This document shows, piece after piece, positions 25,799-34,943 of a DNA stretch of 64,000 nucleotides. A model generated the notes under the pieces. The model did not search any database. It was not told where the DNA came from and saw only the letters and a list, made by a program, of their open reading frames with translations. Source of the stretch: Candidatus Thorarchaeota archaeon AB_25 (GTDB taxonomy: Archaea > Asgardarchaeota > Thorarchaeia > Thorarchaeales > Thorarchaeaceae); assembly GCA_001940705.1 (NCBI GenBank), contig MEHG01000001.1, positions 25,128 through 89,127 of the forward strand. The letters run 5' to 3'. Position 1 is the first letter of the stretch. The number at the start of each line of letters is the position of its first letter. The position numbers were made by a program, and so were the translations under genes.

Positions 25799-26995
25799 TT
25801 ACTCCTTGGCGACATCTTCCACTTTTTCTTCAGGGACTGTTTCAGTTTCATCGGTCTCAACAGCGGGAGCTGGTTCTTCAACAACCTCGGGTTCTGGTTC
25901 AGGCTCTGCTTGTGGTTCATTAACCTCCTCAGCAGGGACTTCTGCCTCAGCTTTCTTCGACCGCTTTCTAGACTTCTGGGACTTCTTCTTGTCGTCGGTC
26001 ACCTGACGTTGTGCCAAAATGAACTCGTCAAAAGTGAGTCTCCCGCCCGATTGAAGTTTCTCAACCGCAGCATCTGTACGTTCACGTTCCTGGGCTCTCT
26101 GCTGGTCACGTATCTCCATACGCTCAACATCACGTTTCTCAACAGTGAACTTTCGAAGCTTGCCCTGGATATCTTCGATTTGTGTGCGAGCTTCTTTTAG
26201 CTTCGCCTCACCATCTTTAACTTTCTTTAGCCATTCAACGAAATTCTTGTGTGCTGTATCAGCTGACTTCTTGTATTCCTCAAGTTGAGGACGAATCCGT
26301 ACGACCTCTTGATGGTGTATTTGTGACTGTTCCGAGAGGTCAATGACTTTCTCGTGAGCCTCTGAAGCCTCTTCCTTAAGTTTTCTCGCAAGTCTACGCA
26401 GCTCGCTGATTCGATCTTGTTTCTCTTTCTCTAGACCGATCTTCACAAGCTTAGATTCTATCTTAGCAATCTCTTCAACAATAGAAAGCTCTTCATCTCT
26501 TGTGAGCTGGTCGGTCTGTTGACGCCATTCAAGCTCTTCTACACGACGCATCATACGACGCTGATCAGTGGACGGACTTCCAACAAGGTTACTTCGAAGT
26601 TCTCTGATTTCGTCGTACACGCTTTTCAGTTGTGCATGAATTGCGGTTCTACGATCTTTGGCTTCGGAAATGCCTTTGTTAATCCGGTCGCGTTCTTCAC
26701 GCTCGGCTTTCACAGACTCAATGAGACCCCTAACTTCCTTGTTATGTTCGTCTCGAATGTTCTTGTATTCCCTCATTTGATCTCGGTCACGTCTGAGAAC
26801 CTCAAGTTCGTCCCGAGCTTGCATTTTGAGTTCACGGAGCTTTGCTCTCAAGAACTCAACTTCTTCTGGTTTGGCTTCTGCAGCTTCAGTCAAAGGCATT
26901 CTGTCCTTAGAATTTCGTTTTGCAAGTCCTGCATAGCAGGACGGATTTCGTTCACCCCGCAGGGTGCTTCGACAAAGTTTCTCGCTAGTAGCCAT
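25799..26995 (-). CDS. Coiled-coil protein (archaeal COG1340-like) with a basic then P/E-rich acidic tail
   Basis: Heptad-rich K/E/R sequence over about 300 aa. The tail reads KKKSQKSRKRSKK followed by EPEPEPEVVEEPAP. A more likely start is the ATG at 26899 (MPLTEAAE). Confidence 0.5.
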   Translation of the reverse strand: MATSEKLCRSTLRGERNPSCYAGLAKRNSKDRMPLTEAAEAKPEEVEFLRAKLRELKMQARDELEVLRRDRDQMREYKNIRDEHNKEVRGLIESVKAEREERDRINKGISEAKDRRTAIHAQLKSVYDEIRELRSNLVGSPSTDQRRMMRRVEELEWRQQTDQLTRDEELSIVEEIAKIESKLVKIGLEKEKQDRISELRRLARKLKEEASEAHEKVIDLSEQSQIHHQEVVRIRPQLEEYKKSADTAHKNFVEWLKKVKDGEAKLKEARTQIEDIQGKLRKFTVEKRDVERMEIRDQQRAQERERTDAAVEKLQSGGRLTFDEFILAQRQVTDDKKKSQKSRKRSKKAEAEVPAEEVNEPQAEPEPEPEVVEEPAPAVETDETETVPEEKVEDVAKE

Positions 26996-27019
26996 CTTAA
27001 AAGGTTTCGCATGGAACGA

Positions 27020-27928
27020 CTAAACTCGTGACAAAGTCTCAGCTATCCGCTCCGAAATATCAAAATCGGTGACCTGTTGGAGACCAGTCCATCCGGGGGT
27101 TGCGTTCACCTCTAGAACCCAAAGATTTTCATCAACATCGGGGATGATATCCACACCAACCAATTTTCCTTTCACAGACTTTGCAGATTTCACTGATAGG
27201 TCAGTCACATCAAGTGTATTTTCTCTAGGAACTCCACCAGTGTGTATGTTTGTCGTAATCCCTTCTCCACCTACTCGTTGCATAGTAGCAATAACTTCAC
27301 CATCAAGTACCAATGCGCGAATATCATATCCTGGACTCTTCACATATTCTTGAAGCAGGTAGGCGCCCTTACCAAACATCTGACTATGGAATTTCAGGTA
27401 GTCATAGATGTTATCCAAATCAAATTCTCGTTCTATTAGCTGAACACCCAATCCTCCAAATCCTGTTATTGGTTTCAGAACACAGGGAAAATGCTCTTTG
27501 ACAAATATCGCTGCATCATCGATAGATTCTGTGATGAGCGTCTTTGGAACAGGAAGTCCAGCAGAGACCAATCGGCGCATAGTTTCAGCTTTATTTCTCA
27601 TTAGAAGGAGTGATGATACTGAATTGACGACACTGACACCCATTTCTGTCAGTGCAGAAAGTAGTCCAACACGATTGAAGAATGCACCAATGTCGGTTGC
27701 ACCGATATCAAGAACGAAGAGGAGGTCTAGTAATGAAAGATCTTCACCATTCATCGATATCTCATGCTTGTCAGTGGAACCCCTCCTGGATACCTTCCAT
27801 GGGATGACATGAATTGCATCCACACCCAATCGACAAAACGCCTCCTCGAGACTCTGTGCTCGCCTAGACCAAGGATCTGAGGAGAAGAGACCAGCTTTCG
27901 ATACATATTTGGGACCCAATCTATTCAC
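27020..27928 (-). CDS. RimK-family ATP-grasp ligase (alpha-L-glutamate ligase-like)
   Basis: VLKPITGFGGLGV, YLLQEYV, DIRALVLDGEVIA, TNIHTGG, GVDII....LWVLEVNATPG. Confidence 0.8.
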   Translation of the reverse strand: MNRLGPKYVSKAGLFSSDPWSRRAQSLEEAFCRLGVDAIHVIPWKVSRRGSTDKHEISMNGEDLSLLDLLFVLDIGATDIGAFFNRVGLLSALTEMGVSVVNSVSSLLLMRNKAETMRRLVSAGLPVPKTLITESIDDAAIFVKEHFPCVLKPITGFGGLGVQLIEREFDLDNIYDYLKFHSQMFGKGAYLLQEYVKSPGYDIRALVLDGEVIATMQRVGGEGITTNIHTGGVPRENTLDVTDLSVKSAKSVKGKLVGVDIIPDVDENLWVLEVNATPGWTGLQQVTDFDISERIAETLSRV

Positions 27929-27999
27929 TCCATTTTAGAAGAAACTAGTTCATACCCATAACGACTATCTTTTATGTTCTCTCAATTTTGACTCATTAG

Positions 28000-28398
28000 T
28001 TGAATTCTATGAAATTATTCTCTGACGAAGAGCTTGATACCATTAACAAGGAACTTCTGGGAAAGACAGGGAATTTCCTGATTGCTTTTCGAAACAAACA
28101 CGGGCCAACTCTTCTGAAGAAGCTCTGGACAGAAATGCTTGAAGAATTAGGACATTCCGTAAAATGTCTAAGCTGGTGGTCCAGTGCTGGTAGGTTGGGC
28201 CTCTTAGAGTGCGAAACAGAGAATGGTCTCTCAGTGTATGGTCAATGGGCGTTGGATGACAAACAAGAACTGCTCAATGTCATGGAGCTTGATGAGGATG
28301 AGTTAGGAAACATCCGGGATGGTTTTGATGCTGGAACTGTCACTTCTTCTGCGATGAGAGCGTACAGAATAGGAGAGTCAGGCGGCGAGAAGGAATAG
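28000..28398 (+). CDS. Hypothetical protein (about 130 aa)
   Basis: Track ORF with a probable ATG at 28009. No motif recognised. Confidence 0.4.
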   Translation: MNSMKLFSDEELDTINKELLGKTGNFLIAFRNKHGPTLLKKLWTEMLEELGHSVKCLSWWSSAGRLGLLECETENGLSVYGQWALDDKQELLNVMELDEDELGNIRDGFDAGTVTSSAMRAYRIGESGGEKE

Positions 28399-28404
28399 GT
28401 CGTT

Positions 28405-30237
28405 CTAGTCAACTGTAAGAGTTTTTGAGAGATTTCTGGGTAGATCAGGATTGATGCCAATATCAACTGAGAGAAAGTAGCTCAGTAATTGGAGTGGTAT
28501 TACATCAAGCAGCGGATTGATGAGTACATCAGATTTTGGCACTTCCAGATAGTCATGTTTGTTAGCCACATATGGTTCGAGTGTTTTTTCGAACTCACCA
28601 ACTACAATAGTCCGACCGTGTCTTGCCTTCACTTCGTTGATGTGATTGATTACCATCCAACTGTCCTCAGTCGTAGTAGTAAAAATCACAGGATAGTTCT
28701 TTGTCACTATACTAAGCGGCCCGTGTTTGAACTCGGATGAATACATCCCCTCACAGTGATTATAGCAGATCTCTTTGATCTTCAGGGCTCCTTCTCGGGC
28801 CACACCGTCTGTAAAGCCATAACCAAGGCAGTATAGATCTTTGACATCCATCATTGTTCGTGCCAGATTCTTTGCAAGAATGCCGGTTCGATCGATGGTG
28901 GTCTGAGTCAATGAAGGTAAGTCGTTTCGGAGTTGATTGATGAAAATCTTAGCTTCCGAGGAGTCTATGTGTCCATTACGTTCACCCAGCTTAGCAGCCA
29001 AGTAGGCAAAGATGATGCTCTGCGAGAAGTATGTCTTAGTGGCAGGCACAGACACCTCATAGCCACAAGCCATTGGAATGTGTGAGTCAGCTTGGAACAT
29101 CAGAGTACTACCAATGACGTTCAAGACTCCGAGAGTTTTTCCATAGTGCTTTGCATTGATCAAATTCAGTACATTCAGGATGTCTTTTGTTTCACCACTC
29201 TGTGAAACAAGAATACTAAGACTATCCTCATCCATTGTCGTACCATACATAGGTTGGAATTGACCACCGATAGCATGAAGCATCGGAATGCCTGCGAGCC
29301 TGTTGAAGTAATAGGTTCCAACTATACTTGCATTATATGAAGAACCGCATGCAACCAAGTAGTGTCTAGAGGCGTTTTCTATGAGTTTCAACCATTCCTC
29401 ATTTTTGGAGCTCTCAAGAATGCCAAGGACATCCTGTGCTACTTTCGGCTGTTCATTTATCTCCTTCAGCATGAAATGAGGATAACCACCTTTCTCTGCA
29501 GCTCGTGCATCAACATACGAAATCTGGGGGACTCGCTCAAGTTGTTTTCCATCTTCAATCCGGTAGACTTTGACATCATGAGGAGTCAGGACCAGCATCT
29601 CACCGTCTGCAAGGTAGATGACATTGTTCGTGAGAGGAAGGACTGAGGGTAGATCGCTTGAAACGATTGTGGCATTGTCAGCCACGCCAGCGACGAGGGA
29701 CGAACCCATCTTGACTGCATATATCTCCTGTTCATCAGCCCGACCAACAGCGTATGCAAAAGCACCCTTGAGATCCTGAATGGAGAGTCTCACTGCTTCA
29801 AACATATCTCCGGTCTGTTCATAGTACTTGTCCACAGCGTGAACACAAAGCTCTCCATCGTTCTCCGACCTGACGATGTGTCCAGTTTCTATGAGTTCCT
29901 TTTTGTACTCAACATAGTTGTGGAGATTACCATTGTGTGCGCCATAGAAGACCTCTTCGCAACCAAAGTGGGGTTGTGCATTCATCTTTGTGGGTGCACC
30001 ATAGGTTGCCCACCTCAATTGAGCAATCCCGCGATCACCTTTCATGCTCGAAAGCCCGAGGAGTTCGTTGACTTCCTCTATTGTGCCAACATCTTTTCTT
30101 AGGTCCACTGCTCCATTGCGAACTGCAGCAACACCTACGCTATCATAACCCCTGTAAGTCAGCTTGCTGCTACATCTAACAAGAAGCTCGCCAATGTTGT
30201 CACTGTTTTGAGTGACGATCCCAGTGATGCCGCACAT
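28405..30237 (-). CDS. glmS: Glutamine--fructose-6-phosphate aminotransferase (isomerising)
   Basis: MCGI N-terminal nucleophile (second ATG of the track ORF), two SIS domains, C-terminal LSKTLTVD. Confidence 0.92.
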   Translation of the reverse strand: MCGITGIVTQNSDNIGELLVRCSSKLTYRGYDSVGVAAVRNGAVDLRKDVGTIEEVNELLGLSSMKGDRGIAQLRWATYGAPTKMNAQPHFGCEEVFYGAHNGNLHNYVEYKKELIETGHIVRSENDGELCVHAVDKYYEQTGDMFEAVRLSIQDLKGAFAYAVGRADEQEIYAVKMGSSLVAGVADNATIVSSDLPSVLPLTNNVIYLADGEMLVLTPHDVKVYRIEDGKQLERVPQISYVDARAAEKGGYPHFMLKEINEQPKVAQDVLGILESSKNEEWLKLIENASRHYLVACGSSYNASIVGTYYFNRLAGIPMLHAIGGQFQPMYGTTMDEDSLSILVSQSGETKDILNVLNLINAKHYGKTLGVLNVIGSTLMFQADSHIPMACGYEVSVPATKTYFSQSIIFAYLAAKLGERNGHIDSSEAKIFINQLRNDLPSLTQTTIDRTGILAKNLARTMMDVKDLYCLGYGFTDGVAREGALKIKEICYNHCEGMYSSEFKHGPLSIVTKNYPVIFTTTTEDSWMVINHINEVKARHGRTIVVGEFEKTLEPYVANKHDYLEVPKSDVLINPLLDVIPLQLLSYFLSVDIGINPDLPRNLSKTLTVD

Positions 30238-30348
30238 CAAGGCTTGATTTCTATGTTCAGTAATTAAGAGTTACGTAGGAGAGAGAAGTGCACCATTTTT
30301 CGAGTGGAAAGAGCAGAGGCGAAGCAATTATATCGCCGATTCAACTGA

Positions 30349-31083
30349 ATGGGGAGAGAGAAGAGAGGACACGCCATGGGAAGGCAAAAACGAATGGCAT
30401 TGCTTTTACACCCGTTCCGGAGGGAACTATACCAGGTACTATGTGAGAATCCTGGGACGTACCTCCTAGAACTGGTCGACATTCTTTCCTCCCCACTTGG
30501 AACTCTCACATGGCATCTCAGGATACTCGAACGCGAAGGGTTAGTCAAATCAATCAAGTTCGCTGGAAAGAGACTGTATTATCCAAGAATGCTGAGGTCA
30601 CAGCAGGCAGAAATGGCATATCTGACAATGAGAAGTGATACAGCACAGAAGATATTCGCTTTTATTGTCAATAATACTGGATGCTACCAAGAACAGATGG
30701 CCGAATCACTTGGAGTCCATCATGATACAGTTCGCTGGCATATCTCGAGAATGGAGGAAGTTGGACTCGTCAAGGTCGTTCGGGAAGGTAGGAAAAAACG
30801 CCACTACTTAGATGAACTCGGAGACCTGTTATTGAAGGGTAGTCTAAACACTATCACCGAGGCTTATGTTTTATTCCTGATGGAGAAACTGGAGGATGGA
30901 TGTCTTAATCCAGAGATTCGTGAGTCGATGCCCGATCATGTTACTATTAGAATTGACTGTCCCGAAAGAGGAAAGGATTGTTTCATAACAATCAATCTTA
31001 CTGATTGGGAGTTCCAATTCATAGATGACGAAGGCACTGAAACCACAATAGAACAGGAACGAGCTGAAGCTGGTGGGAGTTAA
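30349..31083 (+). CDS. Transcriptional regulator with two ArsR/MarR-like winged-helix domains
   Basis: RRELYQVLCENPGTYLLELVDILSSPLGTLTWHLRILEREGLV and a second QEQMAESLGVHHDTVRWHISRMEEVGLV. Start uncertain. Confidence 0.65.
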   Translation: MGREKRGHAMGRQKRMALLLHPFRRELYQVLCENPGTYLLELVDILSSPLGTLTWHLRILEREGLVKSIKFAGKRLYYPRMLRSQQAEMAYLTMRSDTAQKIFAFIVNNTGCYQEQMAESLGVHHDTVRWHISRMEEVGLVKVVREGRKKRHYLDELGDLLLKGSLNTITEAYVLFLMEKLEDGCLNPEIRESMPDHVTIRIDCPERGKDCFITINLTDWEFQFIDDEGTETTIEQERAEAGGS

Positions 31084-31796
31084 CCAGCACTATCTAATAT
31101 CAGACGGACCTTTTGAGCAACTTCATTTGGATTTGGTCCAGGGCAGACTACTGCCAAGAGGCGGGTTTCATCGACCCTTGTTATTAGGAGCCTGAGTCCA
31201 TCTGTATCAAGAGAGATTGAATCAGTAACTTCTGAGTAGGTTAAACCATTCGCAAACAGCGACGCCATAAGTCCAGCTACCTCTACTTCATCTTTGAAGC
31301 CCACTGAACCGAGAGGTAGACCATCAATCGTCAATAATACACCCTTTGTGACTTCAGGTATCTCTTCAACTATTGTCCCAAGGATAGTCTGTTTGCCAAA
31401 AGCCCTGGTCGAGCTCATAACAAGCTCCATCCTGGTCGCGAGAGACTGAAATGCGGGAATCAGGGGTTCAAGGTTCAATCCTGCATCATCTGCTCTTGAT
31501 ATCATTATAATAAGATGATAATGGGGTTGCACTACGGTAAGAATTCGTTCAATGCTGGTCGTGTGAATAAGATGAGTAGGTCCAGTACTTTTCAGATGAT
31601 GAAGCGCAGAGGTTCCACCCCAGATTAATGCTGAAGAAACTGTTGCAATCACTCGAGGATCAATTTCTCCACCTCGGGAAACAGCTGCAACCACAACTCC
31701 TTCTCTAGTACATAGAACAGCATTGTTTACTGACCGATGTACCTTCAGTGTTTCTTCAAGAAGAGTTGCTACCTCTCCTAGTGTTTCTCCTGGCAT
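31080..31796 (-). CDS. Tandem roadblock/LC7 (MglB-like) domain protein
   Basis: Two repeats of the roadblock pattern: VLCTREGVVVAAV...ATVSSALIWG and VLLTIDGLPLGSV...AGLMASLFANG. Confidence 0.7.
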   Translation of the reverse strand: MPGETLGEVATLLEETLKVHRSVNNAVLCTREGVVVAAVSRGGEIDPRVIATVSSALIWGGTSALHHLKSTGPTHLIHTTSIERILTVVQPHYHLIIMISRADDAGLNLEPLIPAFQSLATRMELVMSSTRAFGKQTILGTIVEEIPEVTKGVLLTIDGLPLGSVGFKDEVEVAGLMASLFANGLTYSEVTDSISLDTDGLRLLITRVDETRLLAVVCPGPNPNEVAQKVRLILDSAG

Positions 31797-31857
31797 AGCT
31801 CCACCAGCGCGTATTCTTAGAGTCTTGGCATGCTTACGTATTTATAACTGATACTCT

Positions 31858-33084
31858 TTGCAGTACAGACGTCAAAAGGCCTCATCGTCTCAGAGCAACA
31901 AGTTTAAATCGACGAGCCAAAGCATCGAGGCTAACGACCATGGAGGCATGATTTTGAGCTCAAGGTCAGGCAATGTTGCATCCATTATAATAGTGATATT
32001 GGTATTTTCCGCAGTAGGCGGTTTTGTATTCTTAACCAATCAATATGTTCCTTCAAACATTGCGGTTGTTACACTAGACACGGGATTTAACGACAGAAGT
32101 TTTGCGGACCAAGCAGGTGAAGGTCTGTATATGACTGATGTCGTTGTCAGTTTGGACATCAGACTCGCTGTTGATCTCGATGATGCACAAGATATCATGG
32201 AGAATATCGCAAGAGGGGGAAGGCATGATCTGATAATTGTAATTGGAACAGATCCAGCCTTACATGCCAGAGTCCAAACAGTTGCTACAGAATTTGTAGG
32301 TCAGAAATTCGCATTGATAGGCGGTGAAGTGGCTTTAGACAATGTAGCTTCAGCAACATTCGCATTAGACGAAGCAGCATTTCTCGGAGGTGCATTAGCT
32401 GCTTACGCATCAGTTGAAACTGAGGAGCGAAATGGCATTGTTGGCATTATAGGGTCAGTGGAAACAGATCCAACAGTTCAGAGTCTAATTGATGGTTTTC
32501 TGCAAGGACTCCAATACGCAAACGCGTCCCAAGATATCAATGGCACAATAAGACTTCTACCTACAGAATATGTCGGTTCTTATAATGACACATCAACCGC
32601 AGAGTCAATCGCCAGAGATATGTTTGACCCTGATGATGGCAACGCTACTGTAATCTTTGCTCCAGTTCGAGCAAGCATTATGGGAATTCGGGCTGCCATG
32701 GAATGGGCAAATCTCACATATCACACAGAGTTTGGGAACGACACTACTAGAGAACCATTTGTGATTGGTGCTGAAGCCATTCAGGACTATCTTGGAAACC
32801 CAAATATTTTGATTGCAAGTGGTCCATCATGGGTTATTGGAAGTGTAGTCCCCAGATCAGATTTGGCAGTGTATAGAATTCTCAATGCCACTCTCTGGGA
32901 TGATTTCCCTGGAGGCTTAGAAAATGGTAGTGCAAATCACACCATTGGAAGCCTTTCGAACGATGGTGTTGGCCTATTAGGTGTGGAAGAATTCAGAGAA
33001 GAGAATTGGGTCACAGACTACATGCTCAACGTTACAGTGGATTACCGGCAAGGAATTATCAACGGTACAATTGTTGTAACATAG
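31858..33084 (+). CDS. BMP-family (PnrA-like) substrate-binding protein with an N-terminal membrane anchor
   Basis: VVTLDTGFNDRSFADQAGEGL, ATFALDEAAFLGGALAA, VGIIGSVE..PTVQSLIDGFLQG. TM segment IIIVILVFSAVGGFVFL. Start codon uncertain. Confidence 0.6.
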   Translation: MQYRRQKASSSQSNKFKSTSQSIEANDHGGMILSSRSGNVASIIIVILVFSAVGGFVFLTNQYVPSNIAVVTLDTGFNDRSFADQAGEGLYMTDVVVSLDIRLAVDLDDAQDIMENIARGGRHDLIIVIGTDPALHARVQTVATEFVGQKFALIGGEVALDNVASATFALDEAAFLGGALAAYASVETEERNGIVGIIGSVETDPTVQSLIDGFLQGLQYANASQDINGTIRLLPTEYVGSYNDTSTAESIARDMFDPDDGNATVIFAPVRASIMGIRAAMEWANLTYHTEFGNDTTREPFVIGAEAIQDYLGNPNILIASGPSWVIGSVVPRSDLAVYRILNATLWDDFPGGLENGSANHTIGSLSNDGVGLLGVEEFREENWVTDYMLNVTVDYRQGIINGTIVVT

Positions 33085-33103
33085 ATATCTACGGTCGTAT
33101 CTT

Positions 33104-33138
33104 GGGGGCTAGTGCCCCCACTTTTTCCTTTTTCTTCT
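33104..33138 (+). terminator. GC hairpin plus long T-rich run
   Basis: GGGGGC (33104-09) tagt GCCCCC (33114-19), followed by CTTTTTCCTTTTTCTTC. Confidence 0.55.
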
Positions 33139-33792
33139 ATGGTGGTTAGAATGAACGTTCCGAATGAAATAATAGATTTAGCAATGAAAGGAGAGACCCT
33201 TAAAAAAATTGGGCGAACAGGGTGGTCCCTTGCTGGTGTTGACTGTGTTAGACAAGAATCAGTGGGAGACCACACATTTGGCACCATCTTTCTTTCCCTC
33301 ATGCTTTCCAAGTATCTTCTTAGTCAGGGTGAGAAATTGGATTTGGGCAAAGTCCTTTCAATGGCAACAATTCACGATCTTCCCGAATCTTTGACATCAG
33401 ATATACCGCGAACGGCTGTGGAGCTTGGAGGTGATTTACTTCAAACTGGGAAAGCAGAAGCTGAGAAGAGTTCCATGCATAGAATAACTGAAAAGAGCAA
33501 GAACTTCGGAGATTGGTTTGCTACTCTTTGGATGGATGTTGAGGGAAAAAACACGCTTGAAGCCCGGATAGTTTGGGGAGCAGACATAATCGATATGTTA
33601 GTTCATGCAATTTCCTTAGAAACATCAGGAGTATCTCCGGAAATTCTTGAGCAATTCTTTGTCAAAAGTCATGATTTGGTGAAACAATTGGATTTGAAGA
33701 TTGTTGACGAAATCTTTTGGGTGTTATACAATAAGCATATTGACTATGCAATCAAAAGAGGAGTTGAGTTGAATAAAATCACCCAGACTTAG
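33139..33792 (+). CDS. HD-domain phosphohydrolase (YfbR-like 5'-nucleotidase family)
   Basis: LKKIGRTGW...ESVGDHTF...ATIHDLPESLTSDIP. The track start at 33112 lies inside the terminator hairpin; the ATG at 33139 or 33151 is more likely. Confidence 0.75.
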   Translation: MVVRMNVPNEIIDLAMKGETLKKIGRTGWSLAGVDCVRQESVGDHTFGTIFLSLMLSKYLLSQGEKLDLGKVLSMATIHDLPESLTSDIPRTAVELGGDLLQTGKAEAEKSSMHRITEKSKNFGDWFATLWMDVEGKNTLEARIVWGADIIDMLVHAISLETSGVSPEILEQFFVKSHDLVKQLDLKIVDEIFWVLYNKHIDYAIKRGVELNKITQT

Positions 33793-34426
33793 CTGCAACA
33801 GTATTCCTTCTTGATGTAATCAAATCTCGATGCAATCCTGCGGCTATCGTTCGAGCTACACGAATAGGCTCAGGAACCCGGCCATCAACAGTAATTCTGT
33901 CAAGTAATTTACGAGCTCGATTTATGCTAACTCCAGCTGTCGAGAGATAGAGCGAGTGTCCGGTGCTCAATTCGATTATTTCTCTCTCACCTGCACGCTC
34001 AAGAATATCTAAACGAAGTTTCCAATCAATAGGGAAATATTCCTGCAGATATTTTTCAATTCCATTAGAAGGATGATATGAAACACAAATTACTGGTGTT
34101 TTTGTAGTCTCGTGAAGTGCAAAGATATCCACAATGTTGAACCAAGAAATAACTGACCCTCCAAGCAACCATACCCGAATGTCTCTTCTATTGAGTCGAT
34201 TGTATAATGAGGTCAGTTCTTTGGTTGAGTCAGTACCTCCGATTTCCGGTGTGCAAACGCCAAACCCATCAATTCTCAGATCGCCTCTCATGACCACTCC
34301 AGCCATGATACTTCGTATCTCATTTTTCTCGAAACTTTCAGCCACCCCTAAAACACGTACACCCCTTTTCCAGCTTAATGCTGAATCATTCGGAGATGCA
34401 GTGTCGAGTCTATGTATTGTGTTCAA
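33779..34426 (-). CDS. DUF99 / endonuclease-V-like archaeal protein
   Basis: RVLGVAESF...MAGVVMRGDLRIDGF...GGTDSTKEL...VWLLGGSVISWFNIVDI...TKTPVICVSY matches the DUF99 pattern. Confidence 0.75.
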   Translation of the reverse strand: MNTIHRLDTASPNDSALSWKRGVRVLGVAESFEKNEIRSIMAGVVMRGDLRIDGFGVCTPEIGGTDSTKELTSLYNRLNRRDIRVWLLGGSVISWFNIVDIFALHETTKTPVICVSYHPSNGIEKYLQEYFPIDWKLRLDILERAGEREIIELSTGHSLYLSTAGVSINRARKLLDRITVDGRVPEPIRVARTIAAGLHRDLITSRRNTVAAKSG

Positions 34427-34515
34427 AGTGTAGACCTACCTTTATACTTGAAACAGTGTTCTGAATGCATTACTTACATTAGTCATGCAAACTTTATTAA
34501 TGCGCATTTCCAAGT

Positions 34516-34941
34516 GTGGATTATTCAGTAGAGAGAGAGAAAAAAAGAGTGGCAGCCATGTTTGATCCAAGCTTCGAAGAGCTGCAAGGGAAACTAAGGC
34601 AGATTATGGAGGAAGCCTCTGCACTTGCAGCAGGAATCAGAGCATGGATGCTTCTGTCCAAAGAGGGTCTTCCAATATCATCAGCTGTTCCACAGGGATT
34701 AGAAGAAGCTGAAATTGCTGCAATGGCCGCATCAATTTTAGGAGTTGCGGATTTGGCAGCTGAGAGAATGGACCAAGGAATACTTGAAGAGATTCTCATG
34801 ACGAATGAGAAAGGCCTCATGATAATGAAAAGTGCTGGGGAGAAAGCGATTCTTGTCCTAGCAGCCAGCAAGGGGATGAAGACAGGTCTCTTGGTTTATG
34901 CTGCAAACACAGCAGCAGAGAAGATAGCTCCACTGTTGTGA
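34516..34941 (+). CDS. Roadblock/LC7 (MglB-like) domain protein
   Basis: WMLLSKEGLPISS...AAMAASILGVADLAAERM...MTNEKGLMIMKSAGEKAILVLAA. Alternative ATG at 34558. Confidence 0.75.
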   Translation: MDYSVEREKKRVAAMFDPSFEELQGKLRQIMEEASALAAGIRAWMLLSKEGLPISSAVPQGLEEAEIAAMAASILGVADLAAERMDQGILEEILMTNEKGLMIMKSAGEKAILVLAASKGMKTGLLVYAANTAAEKIAPLL

Positions 34942-34943
34942 TC

